Below, piece by piece: positions 9,034 to 20,167 of a DNA stretch of 64,000 nucleotides. The DNA lies in NCBI GenBank assembly GCA_046484285.1, contig JAWOBP010000098.1, positions 23,345 to 87,344 of the forward strand, in the 5' to 3' direction. Position numbers and translations under genes: made by a program. Within the stretch, counting starts at the first letter, position 1; each line of letters opens with the position of its first letter. Source of the stretch: Polyangia bacterium (GTDB taxonomy: Bacteria > Myxococcota_A > Polyangia > JAAYKL01). The notes below the pieces were generated by a model. The model worked only from the letters and a program-made list of their open reading frames with translations, was not told where the DNA came from and did no database searches.

Positions 9034-10490
9034 GCGGATGCACCGTCCAGCAACGCTCCGCCGCCCTTCGACGTCGCGGACTGGTCTTCGGTCGAGCGTT
9101 TCTCGCGCTGCTTCGAGCCCGCCGAGTCGGGCTTGCCGCCCGTCTGGCGCTCGCGAGCCTTGAAGGCGTCGGCGCGGTTCATCACTTGCAGCGCAACGCG
9201 CTCCATCGACTCGAGAATCGCGCTGGCGCGTCCCGAGAGCAGGGTGCCGAGCAGGAGCGCCGGGATCGCCACCATCAAACCGAGCTTGGTGGTCACCAGC
9301 GCTTCGGAGATGCCGCCGGAGAGCAGCTTGGGATCGCCGGTGCCGAACTCGGTGATCACGTCGAAGGTGGCGATCATTCCGGTCACCGTGCCCAGCAGAC
9401 CGAGCAGAGGAGCCACCGCGGCGATCACCAGGATCGTCGTGCCGAACCGTTCGACGGTCGGCGACTCGTGCAGGATCGCCTCGGAGACCAGGTCCTCGAG
9501 GTGCTGGCGGTCGCGATCGATGTTTCGAATCGTGGCGCGGATCACGCGTGCGCCGGCGCCTTTGCCGGGCCTGAGCACGTCGAGCGCCTCGCGGTTGAGC
9601 CCCTGGTCGACGAGCGGACCGATCTTGCGGATGATCGCGTCGGTGCGCGAGCTGGCGCGCAGCAGGATGAACAGCCGCGCCAGGATCATCAACAGGGCCA
9701 GACCTCCCAGCGCGACGATCACCCAGGCGATCGGTCCGCCGGTCTGGATCTCTTCGACGAAGGACTTCTCTTTCTTCTCCTCGATACCCTTGCTCAAGGA
9801 CTCGTAGAGAAAGATCGCGAGCTGCTGCGGGCGCTCGCCGGAGAAGAGGTCCTTTGCCGTGGCGAAGGCGTCCTCGTGCCAGAGCTTGAGCCGTCCGGCG
9901 CCGGCAGGAGCCAGCGCGCCGCCGGCCGAGTCGGAGAGACCGAACGAGGCGACGTTGCCCACGCGCAGGATTTCGCCCTCGGTCTGGGTTCCGTCCGCCA
10001 GGAAGAAGCTGCCCTGTTCGCGTCTGATCGAGCCGCTGCGCTCGATCACCTCGGCGCCGCGAGTGAACATCCTCTCTACCAGCTCGATCTGCTCTTCGGG
10101 CTCCTCGCCGGGCGCGGGCAGCTCGTAGCCGTGCTTGCGCAGCGTGTCGCCGGCGCGGTTGATCGTCTCCAGCAACAGATCGGCGCGTTCCTCGGCACCG
10201 ACGGTCCGGCGTTCGACCTCGGCCAGATCCCGGTCGATCCGATCGGCCTGGTTGCGCAGCGCGAGCAGCTTGCGCTGCATGGAGTCTATCTCGGAGCGGG
10301 CGGCGGAGACGCGGCGCTCGGTCTCGCGCTCGATCTCGCCGAGCCGGGCCGAGAGCGCCTCCTTTTCGGCCTTGAGGAAGGCGTACTCCTTCTTGTAGGC
10401 CCTGCTCAGCTCCTGGCGGGCGTCGGCGGCGACGTCCAGCGTCGCAGAGCCGATCAGCAGAAAGGCGAGGGCGGACAGTGCGGTCTTCAT
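9030..10490 (-). CDS. Large MotA/TolQ/ExbB-family protein with an N-terminal periplasmic coiled-coil domain (TtpC-like)
   Basis: Signal peptide plus a ~230-aa coiled-coil, then a MotA/TolQ/ExbB channel domain (PLLGLLGTVTGMIATFDVI). The architecture matches TtpC of TonB2-type systems. Confidence 0.7.
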   Translation of the reverse strand: MKTALSALAFLLIGSATLDVAADARQELSRAYKKEYAFLKAEKEALSARLGEIERETERRVSAARSEIDSMQRKLLALRNQADRIDRDLAEVERRTVGAEERADLLLETINRAGDTLRKHGYELPAPGEEPEEQIELVERMFTRGAEVIERSGSIRREQGSFFLADGTQTEGEILRVGNVASFGLSDSAGGALAPAGAGRLKLWHEDAFATAKDLFSGERPQQLAIFLYESLSKGIEEKKEKSFVEEIQTGGPIAWVIVALGGLALLMILARLFILLRASSRTDAIIRKIGPLVDQGLNREALDVLRPGKGAGARVIRATIRNIDRDRQHLEDLVSEAILHESPTVERFGTTILVIAAVAPLLGLLGTVTGMIATFDVITEFGTGDPKLLSGGISEALVTTKLGLMVAIPALLLGTLLSGRASAILESMERVALQVMNRADAFKARERQTGGKPDSAGSKQREKRSTEDQSATSKGGGALLDGASA

Positions 10491-11308
10491 TGCTCGCCTC
10501 CTGGCGGAAGTGCGTTGGGCAACAGGAAGAAACCGGCGCGGATCTGCTTCTTGAACGAGTCGAACAGGTTGGCGATCTGCTTCTTGCCGTCCTCGGAAGA
10601 AACGATCTCGTAGCGCCAGCCGCCGTCGTCCTCGCGGACCGTGTGGCCGAAGCGCCCGTCGCGCGTCTCGAAGTAGAGCATCACCATCCCCACCCGCGCG
10701 ACCTCGGCGAGCATCTCGTCGCCGCCGACGCGGATCACCTGCTTGTAGATCCCGTTCTCGCGGGAGAGCCGCAGCTCGTCCTCGACGCGATCCCAGAGGC
10801 GGGCCACGCCCTCGGTCGACTTGATCAGTCCCTCGTCGATCCGGCGTTTCAGCTCGTCGAGATCCTTGGCCCGTTGCTCCAGCTGGAAGGGCAGGCCGGC
10901 CATCACGGTGCTCTTGATCCTGGCGATCATCTTCAGCACCACCGGCTCGAACAGCTCGTCGCGGCGCTGGTCGCGCTCCACTTCCTCGATCCGGCGGGCC
11001 TTGGCGCCGCGCAGCTGCTCGAGGTTCATTTCGGCGCGCTGAATCTCCATCTCGAGGTCGGCTTTCTGAGCGGCGTAGGAGCGCAGCTGCCCGCGCTGGT
11101 TTTCTTTTTGGGCCTCGATCTCGGCGGCGAGATCCTCCACGTCGGTGCGCAACTCGGCGATCTGCTCGGCCATTTCGACCGTGGACTGACCTCGGGCGGT
11201 CAAAGAGAGGAGTAGAGCCGCGATGCAGGGAACTGCGACCAGCGAGAGGGGATGGATCGCCGCGGAGGGGCGACGGGCTTTGTGTCGTGATTTTCCAGAT
11301 GTTTTCAT
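10487..11308 (-). CDS. DUF3450-family periplasmic coiled-coil protein (TtpB-like)
   Basis: 273 aa with a signal peptide and long coiled-coil. Conserved block FGHTVREDDGGWRYEIVSS...FLLP resembles DUF3450 proteins encoded upstream of exbB in TonB2 clusters. 4-bp overlap with the downstream gene. Confidence 0.6.
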   Translation of the reverse strand: MKTSGKSRHKARRPSAAIHPLSLVAVPCIAALLLSLTARGQSTVEMAEQIAELRTDVEDLAAEIEAQKENQRGQLRSYAAQKADLEMEIQRAEMNLEQLRGAKARRIEEVERDQRRDELFEPVVLKMIARIKSTVMAGLPFQLEQRAKDLDELKRRIDEGLIKSTEGVARLWDRVEDELRLSRENGIYKQVIRVGGDEMLAEVARVGMVMLYFETRDGRFGHTVREDDGGWRYEIVSSEDGKKQIANLFDSFKKQIRAGFFLLPNALPPGGEQ

Positions 11309-11395
11309 GGCGACGTCACCAATTACTCCCGGACAGTCCGGGAGCCGACACCGAGCTTTCGATGCCGGCTCCCGGGTTTCGCGACCAATTTTGAG

Positions 11396-12904
<1,509 letters not shown>

Positions 12905-13003
12905 ATCACTATCTCCTCGATTCGCTTCGCCACATCAGTAACTCCGCTGCGTGTCGAACCCGTGAAGAGCGCGAATCGTTTCATTGACGGCGGGGTAAAG
13001 CGT

Positions 13004-13720
13004 TCACGACGAAGCGCGCTCGTTTCCGCGCACCCGGTAACCGACCCCGTGCACCGTCTCTATCAGTCGACCCGAGCCGCCGAGCTTGGCGCGCAGGCCC
13101 TTGATGTGGGCGTCGACGGTTCGCTCCAGCACCACCGCCTCGCTGCCCCAGACCGCGTCGAGCAGCTCGCCGCGGGTGAAGACGTGTCCCTCTCGGCGGG
13201 TCAACGCGACCAGCAGGCGGAACTCCTGGCGCGTCATCGAGACCGGGCGGCCCGCGACCGTGACCTTGAAGCGCGGCATGTCGACTCGCACCGGCCCCAT
13301 CACGATTTCGCCCTCTTCGCTTTGCGGCTCGAGGCGGCGCAGGATCGCGCGCACCCTCAAGACCAGCTCGCGCATGCTGAACGGCTTGGAAACGTAGTCG
13401 GTGGCGCCCAGCTCGAAGCCGACCACGCGGTCGGTCTCGGAATCCCGCTCGGTGAAGAACACGATCGGTATCTTGAAGGTGCGCGAGTCGGACTTGAGGC
13501 GGCGGCAGACCTCGGTGCCGGACAGGTCGCCCAGCTCGACCTCCAGCAGAATCAGGTCGGGTTGATCGACGGCCGCGATCTCGAGAGCGGAGCCGCTGTC
13601 GTGAGCCGCCTGCACACCGATGCCCTCGCGCTCCAGCGCTCGCCGAACCGCCTTGCTGAGCTCGCGATCCGGGTCGACCAGCAGCACGGTGTTCTCGTGG
13701 GACGAGTGTTCCTCCATCAC
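13004..13720 (-). CDS. OmpR/PhoB-family response regulator, atypical receiver (Glu at phospho-acceptor position)
   Basis: Receiver plus winged-helix domain (RQEFRLLVALTRREGHVFTRGELLDAVWG...VDAHIKGLR). Aligned to PhoB, DLILLDWMLP becomes DLILLEVELG (Asp->Glu) and the acidic pair is VDPD. Thr (FFTERD) and Lys (YVSKPF) are conserved. Confidence 0.75.
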   Translation of the reverse strand: MMEEHSSHENTVLLVDPDRELSKAVRRALEREGIGVQAAHDSGSALEIAAVDQPDLILLEVELGDLSGTEVCRRLKSDSRTFKIPIVFFTERDSETDRVVGFELGATDYVSKPFSMRELVLRVRAILRRLEPQSEEGEIVMGPVRVDMPRFKVTVAGRPVSMTRQEFRLLVALTRREGHVFTRGELLDAVWGSEAVVLERTVDAHIKGLRAKLGGSGRLIETVHGVGYRVRGNERASS

Positions 13721-14024
13721 GATTCCGAATGCTAGGGACGAGTTGCGTCAGCGCGGGCACCGAAAGGTGACAATTCGGTGAGAAGCTCGTTAATCGTGTA
13801 CCAGCGCGGCCACGTCGACGGCTTTCGGGATCGATTGGCGGATCTGGGATGCGATGCGCCCACTGGCAAGATTGTCAAACAGACCAGAAAGGAGAAGATC
13901 GCCGAAGCGTGAAAGCTCCTGCACGGATTGTGCTGGGCTGGTTATGACCGGACAGCCGGCCGAGCCCGGGCGCTCGAACCCGCGCGGAGATGTGTGAAAC
14001 AGGGGTGCGCGGGCGCCGCTCTCG

Positions 14025-15554
<1,530 letters not shown>

Positions 15555-15746
15555 CGAGAGAACTCCTTTTTGCAGTGTGTGAAAAACGCGCAACAACAAT
15601 CTCATTGATTGCCCGGACTTTGTATTCTGAAGTGGTTGTGAGTCAAGGGGCTCGGAGAAATTGCAGAAAAACGAGGGGATTGAAGGGTTGCCTTCCGGGC
15701 GCGGTTGCATACAATCCGCATCTCGGCGCCCGGGTGCGCCTGGTAT

Positions 15747-15819
15747 GGTGGGTGTAGCTCAATGGTAGAGCACCGGACTGTGGCTCCGGTGGTTGTGGGT
15801 TCGATCCCCATCACTCACC
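15747..15819 (+). tRNA. tRNA-His (anticodon GTG)
   Basis: Cloverleaf folded by hand. Extra G-1 (15747) pairs with discriminator C. Acceptor is GTGGGTG/CACTCAC. Anticodon loop is CTGTGGC. T-loop is TTCGATC. CCA not encoded. Confidence 0.8.
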
Positions 15820-15885
15820 CCGCGGCCGGTTGACAAGGGAGATGTTGCAGACTAGAAAACCCCGCGCGCCGGCGGTGAGAATTGA

Positions 15886-15959
15886 GCGCCCGTAGCTCAG
15901 ATGGATAGAGCGTCGGACTTCGAATTCGCAGGTCGGGTGTTCGAGTCACCCCGGGCGCG
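15886..15959 (+). tRNA. tRNA-Arg (anticodon TCG)
   Basis: Acceptor GCGCCCG/CGGGCGC. D-arm GCTC-AGATGGATA-GAGC. Anticodon loop CTTCGAA. T-arm GGGTG-TTCGAGT-CACCC. Confidence 0.75.
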
Positions 15960-15973
15960 CAAGAAAAGGGGAT

Positions 15974-16047
15974 GCGCCACTAGCTCAACTAGGCAGAGCA
16001 GCGGACTCTTAATCCGGAGGTTGAAGGTTCGATTCCTTCGTGGCGCA
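15974..16047 (+). tRNA. tRNA-Lys (anticodon CTT)
   Basis: Acceptor GCGCCAC/GTGGCGC. Anticodon loop CTCTTAA. T-arm GAAGG-TTCGATT-CCTTC. Followed by CC. Confidence 0.75.
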
Positions 16048-16149
16048 CCGAGCTCTGGCCGGTCCGCTCGGTTTTCACCGGCGGACGCGATGAACGATCC
16101 AATCGATGTCGACTAGCCTACCGGCTGCTGAGAAGCTAGAGTCGTCTGC

Positions 16150-17202
16150 GTGACGATGGACGCTCTGGCCAAGCTCAGGGAGATCTCGGGCGACAGGGAT
16201 GTCGACGAGCGGGTCGCGGACACGATCGCCGCGGCCGAGAGCCTCGTGGGCGAAGACGGCGATCTCGAGCTGGAGCGGCGCCTCGTGGAGAGCGTGGCCA
16301 GCGCCCCCGGCGGGCTGGACGAGGTCTGCCGCCACCTGATCGATGCGGGCGGCAAGCGGATTCGGCCGGTGATCTGTCTGCTGGCTTTTCGTACCGTCCG
16401 CGGAGATCCTCCCTTGCCGCTCGACCTGGCGGTCTGCTGCGAGCTTTTACACAACGCCACCTTGCTGCACGATGACGTGATCGACGAGGGCGACACCCGG
16501 CGCGGGCGTCCCGCCTGCCGCGCGGTGTGGAGCAACGCGATCTCGATCCTGGGCGGCGACTTTCTGCTGATGCGATGCGTGGAGCTGGTCAGCGAGCGCG
16601 GCAAGCGCTTCATGGATCCTTTTGTCGAGACGATCAGGCGCCTGGTCGAGGGCGAGATCACGCAGCTGGGGCTGCGCGGGTCGATCGCCACCAGCGAGGA
16701 GCAGTACTTCCGGATCGTGGAGGGCAAGACGGCCAGCCTCTTCGGCTGGTCGGCGCTTAGCGGAGCGATGGCGGCCGGCGCCGCGGGCGCCGCCTGCGAG
16801 GCGATCGGGGAGTTCGGGAGGCGCGTGGGCGTCGCCTTTCAGCTGGTCGACGACGCGCTGGATCTCACGGCCGACTCCGCGCACACCGGCAAGACCCTGC
16901 TGGCGGACATCGGTCAGGGCAAGCTGACGCTGCCGGTGATCCTGGCGGCCGAGGAGTCGCCGGAGCTGAGACGGCTGCTGGCCGAGCTGGTCGACGGCGG
17001 AGACGCGCCGGCGATCGCTCGCGAGGTTTCGCGCAGAGTGGACGAGTCCGGCGCGCTGGCGGAGGTGCGCGATCGCGCCGCGCGGCAGACCGGGCTGGCG
17101 CTGGACGCGCTGGAGCGGCTGCGCCGGCTCGACGGCTGCCGGCCGCTGATGGTCGAGATGCTGTCCGAGATGTCGCGCAGGCTGCTGGATCGAGGTCGCT
17201 AG
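16150..17202 (+). CDS. Polyprenyl diphosphate synthase (trans-isoprenyl diphosphate synthase family)
   Basis: First Asp-rich motif LLHDDVIDEGDTRRG and second motif FQLVDDALD. 350 aa. Confidence 0.8.
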   Translation: MTMDALAKLREISGDRDVDERVADTIAAAESLVGEDGDLELERRLVESVASAPGGLDEVCRHLIDAGGKRIRPVICLLAFRTVRGDPPLPLDLAVCCELLHNATLLHDDVIDEGDTRRGRPACRAVWSNAISILGGDFLLMRCVELVSERGKRFMDPFVETIRRLVEGEITQLGLRGSIATSEEQYFRIVEGKTASLFGWSALSGAMAAGAAGAACEAIGEFGRRVGVAFQLVDDALDLTADSAHTGKTLLADIGQGKLTLPVILAAEESPELRRLLAELVDGGDAPAIAREVSRRVDESGALAEVRDRAARQTGLALDALERLRRLDGCRPLMVEMLSEMSRRLLDRGR

Positions 17203-18902
17203 GAGTCCAGCTCCGAGGTGAGCTTGTCGAGGAAGTAGCGATCGAGCTCGTCGCAGCTGGCGGTGACCTGCTCGATCAGCTCCTGGGCGCGGGAGCGGGT
17301 CTGCTCGACGAACTCGTCGTTCCCCTCGATTCCGGCCAGGTTGATCATTACGTTGTAGTGCGCGCCCATCGCCGCCGCGCGGGCGGCGAGCACGGCCACG
17401 CCGGCGTCCGAAAGCGAGCTCTGGTTGCCGCGCTCGCCCACGGCGCGGGCCAGCTCCAGCGCGTCGGGAATCGTCTCCAGCACCGAGAGCGGAACCAGCG
17501 TGGCGCCCTTGTTGGCCTCCATGATCGCGGCATCGCGGGTTTCTTTTTGCCCGGGGGTGCCCTGCGGCAGGCCGAAGGCCGACATGACCTCGTTGAAGGC
17601 GAAGGTGTCGTCGTCGACCGCGGCGACCAGGCGTTTCTTGATGCTCTGAGCCTTGTCGGCCACGGTCCGCATCTCCTGCTTGACCTTCTTCTTGATGCTC
17701 TGCTTGCCCACCGAGAGGTTGGCCACCATTCCGGACAGCCCGGCGGACAGCGCGCCGTTGAGCGCCGCGACGCTGCCGCCGCCCGGCGCCGCCGAGTCGC
17801 GCGAGAGCTCGTCGACGAACCCCTCGACCGTGCTCTCCACCAGCGGCCGCGGATTGGCGACGCAGTACTCGACTATCCGTTGTTTGGGATCGAAATGGGT
17901 GACGTTGTCGAGGCCCATGCTCTGAACGGCCACCTCGATCAGATCCTCTTCCGGGACTCCGGGGCTGGCGTTCTGCTCGAGCAGGTAGTGGCGGCCGGCC
18001 TGGAGCATCGCCTCGAGCGGGACCAGCCCCACGATCTCGGAGCCAATCACGCGCACGCCGATCTCGCCGGCCAGCTCGCAGACCTTGTCGAAGACCACGT
18101 GGGGCGGAGTGACGTTGTAATCGGTCAGGTTCATCGTCACCTGCGCCACGCCGTACTCCTCGATGAACCAGCCGGTCGCCTTGCAGTGCTCGAACAGGCC
18201 CTTGTCGTGCTTGAGAAACTTGCCGTCCGGTCCGCGGACCTTCTTGCCCTTCTCGTCGCGGACGACGGCGCCTCCCTGCTGGCGGATGGTCAGGCCGATC
18301 CGCCGGGCGTAGCGGTCGTTCTTGGTGTTGAGGTTGATGTTGTAGGCGATCAGGAACTGGCGGGCGCCGATCTGCGTCGCGCCGGTGCGGGCGACCCGAT
18401 CGGTGTACTCGTTGGGACCGAAGTCGGGCTTCCACTCGTCGTTGCCCAGCTTGTCGGCCAGCGCCTCGTACTCGCCCTTGCGCACGTTGGCCAGGTTGCG
18501 CCACTCGGGCCTGGAGGCCGCGTGCTCGTACAGGTAGACCGGGACGCCCAGCTCGGATCCGACGCGCTCTCCGAGAGAGCGGGCCAGCTCGACGCAGTCG
18601 TCCATGCTGATCTCGGAGACCGGGACGAACGGGCAGACGTCCGTCGCGCCGTTACGCGCGTGCTCTCCGGAGTGGTGGCGCATGTCGATCAGCGCCGCCG
18701 CCTTGCGGATCAGCCGGAAAGCCGCCTCCGAAGCGCCCTCCGGGCTTCCGACGAAAGTGAAGACCGTGCGGTTGGTCGCCGCGCCCGGGTCGACGTCGAG
18801 CAGCTCGACGCCCTCCACGCAGCGCACTTCGTCGGCCACCGCCTCGATGATTTTTCTGTCGCGCCCCTCGCTGATGTTCGGTACGCATTCGACCAGTTTC
18901 AT
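17199..18902 (-). CDS. ftcD: Bifunctional glutamate formimidoyltransferase / formimidoyltetrahydrofolate cyclodeaminase
   Basis: N-terminus MKLVECVPNISEGR...LLDVDPGAATNRTVFTFVG and blocks GEHARNGATDVCPFVP, GARQFLIAYNINL, SAAPGGGSVAA are collinear with mammalian FTCD over the full 567 aa. Confidence 0.9.
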   Translation of the reverse strand: MKLVECVPNISEGRDRKIIEAVADEVRCVEGVELLDVDPGAATNRTVFTFVGSPEGASEAAFRLIRKAAALIDMRHHSGEHARNGATDVCPFVPVSEISMDDCVELARSLGERVGSELGVPVYLYEHAASRPEWRNLANVRKGEYEALADKLGNDEWKPDFGPNEYTDRVARTGATQIGARQFLIAYNINLNTKNDRYARRIGLTIRQQGGAVVRDEKGKKVRGPDGKFLKHDKGLFEHCKATGWFIEEYGVAQVTMNLTDYNVTPPHVVFDKVCELAGEIGVRVIGSEIVGLVPLEAMLQAGRHYLLEQNASPGVPEEDLIEVAVQSMGLDNVTHFDPKQRIVEYCVANPRPLVESTVEGFVDELSRDSAAPGGGSVAALNGALSAGLSGMVANLSVGKQSIKKKVKQEMRTVADKAQSIKKRLVAAVDDDTFAFNEVMSAFGLPQGTPGQKETRDAAIMEANKGATLVPLSVLETIPDALELARAVGERGNQSSLSDAGVAVLAARAAAMGAHYNVMINLAGIEGNDEFVEQTRSRAQELIEQVTASCDELDRYFLDKLTSELDS

Positions 18903-19103
18903 CGACCGTCTCCTCCGTGGTGTTCGAGTTGTTCAATCGGCCCATCTTTACCTAGCGGCGCCGGGGTGGGCAGTCAATCCGTTTCCGCGACGGCGCAAGT
19001 CGTGGTACTCAGGGACACAAAATTGGTATACTGTGTACAAAATTCGCAACCAGTGACGATTTATGGGGATATCGCTTCGAAAAAAAAAGGAGGGCTGGTT
19101 CAA

Positions 19104-20042
19104 ATGCCTTTCGACAAGAGCTTTTCGTGGATGTCGATTTCGTGCTTGCTCGCGGTGGCGGGAGGGTGCGCGGACGAGCTGAAGTCCGAGAATTGGTGTG
19201 GCTCGAACGAGGACTGCCAACCCGGGTACTACTGCAACGAGGAAACCGCGCTTTGCGACCAGGACTGCACCGTCGACGAGGATTGCCCCGGAGAGAGTGT
19301 CTGCGACGCCCACGGGCGCTGCGTGGACGAGGACGGCGACACCGATACCGAGGTCAGCGACACTGATCCTTGCGGCGACGCCGTGCTGCTGGTCGTAGAT
19401 CGCTCGGACAGCATGGAGCACGAAAACAAGTGGCAGGAACTGATCTCCACTTTCGACTCGATGTTGACAATGTTCGGCGGGTCGACGGAGTTCGGGCTCG
19501 AGGTCTTCCCCGACGACTCGTGCGACGCCGATTACGATGGCACCGAGCTCGGCAAGGTCTGCCGCGCTCCGGACAACATGACCGTCGACATCGGACCCGG
19601 CACGGCGGGATCGATCAAGGACTCCCTGTACGACCTGGGCAACTGTGGAGGCACACCGACCTCGGGAGCGTTGTTCAAGGCGGCTGGAGTGGTGGGAGGT
19701 TCCGGGGCGGGGGTGCAGATCGTGCTGGTAACCGACGGCCTGCCCAACTGCAACACGGAGTTGGACGGCTCGAGCTGCGAGTGCCTGTTCGATCCGCCCG
19801 GCACCTGCGACGGCTACCCGGAGCACTGCCTGGACATCGAGGCGGCCGAGGAGGCGGCCGCCGAGCTGCTGGCCGCCGGGTCGCCGGTCCACGTGCTGGC
19901 CTACGACATGGACGAGGACGACATCGGCATAATGGACCAGATCGCCGCCAGCGGCGGAACCGATCAGGCCCGGTCCTGCCCCGACGAGGACGCCCTGGGC
20001 AACGCGCTGGCGAGCATCTTCGAGTCGATTACCGAGTGCTGA
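19104..20042 (+). CDS. Cys-rich lipoprotein with von Willebrand factor type A (VWA) domain
   Basis: Start at ATG 19104 (RBS AGGAGG at 19088-19093), not the 17358 ORF start. Lipobox VAGGC. Cys-rich N-terminus. MIDAS-like motif VLLVVDRSDSM, then LVTDGLPNC. Confidence 0.7.
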   Translation: MPFDKSFSWMSISCLLAVAGGCADELKSENWCGSNEDCQPGYYCNEETALCDQDCTVDEDCPGESVCDAHGRCVDEDGDTDTEVSDTDPCGDAVLLVVDRSDSMEHENKWQELISTFDSMLTMFGGSTEFGLEVFPDDSCDADYDGTELGKVCRAPDNMTVDIGPGTAGSIKDSLYDLGNCGGTPTSGALFKAAGVVGGSGAGVQIVLVTDGLPNCNTELDGSSCECLFDPPGTCDGYPEHCLDIEAAEEAAAELLAAGSPVHVLAYDMDEDDIGIMDQIAASGGTDQARSCPDEDALGNALASIFESITEC

Positions 20043-20066
20043 GAAAAGATCCCGGTGTCTCGAGCC

Positions 20067-20100
20067 GGCCGCGTCCGTCCGTTTCGCGGCTTGGTTGAAC
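20067..20100 (+). terminator. Possible intrinsic terminator / intergenic hairpin
   Basis: GCCGCG (20068-20073) pairs with CGCGGC (20085-20090) around an 11-nt loop, followed by a T-rich stretch TTGGTTGAACATTGAATTTTGGAATTTTGTT. Weak: short stem, long loop. Confidence 0.25.
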
Positions 20101-20167
20101 ATTGAATTTTGGAATTTTGTTGTGATACTCTTTCTCGACCTTTCATCGCTGGAAAAGGGTGAGGTAG

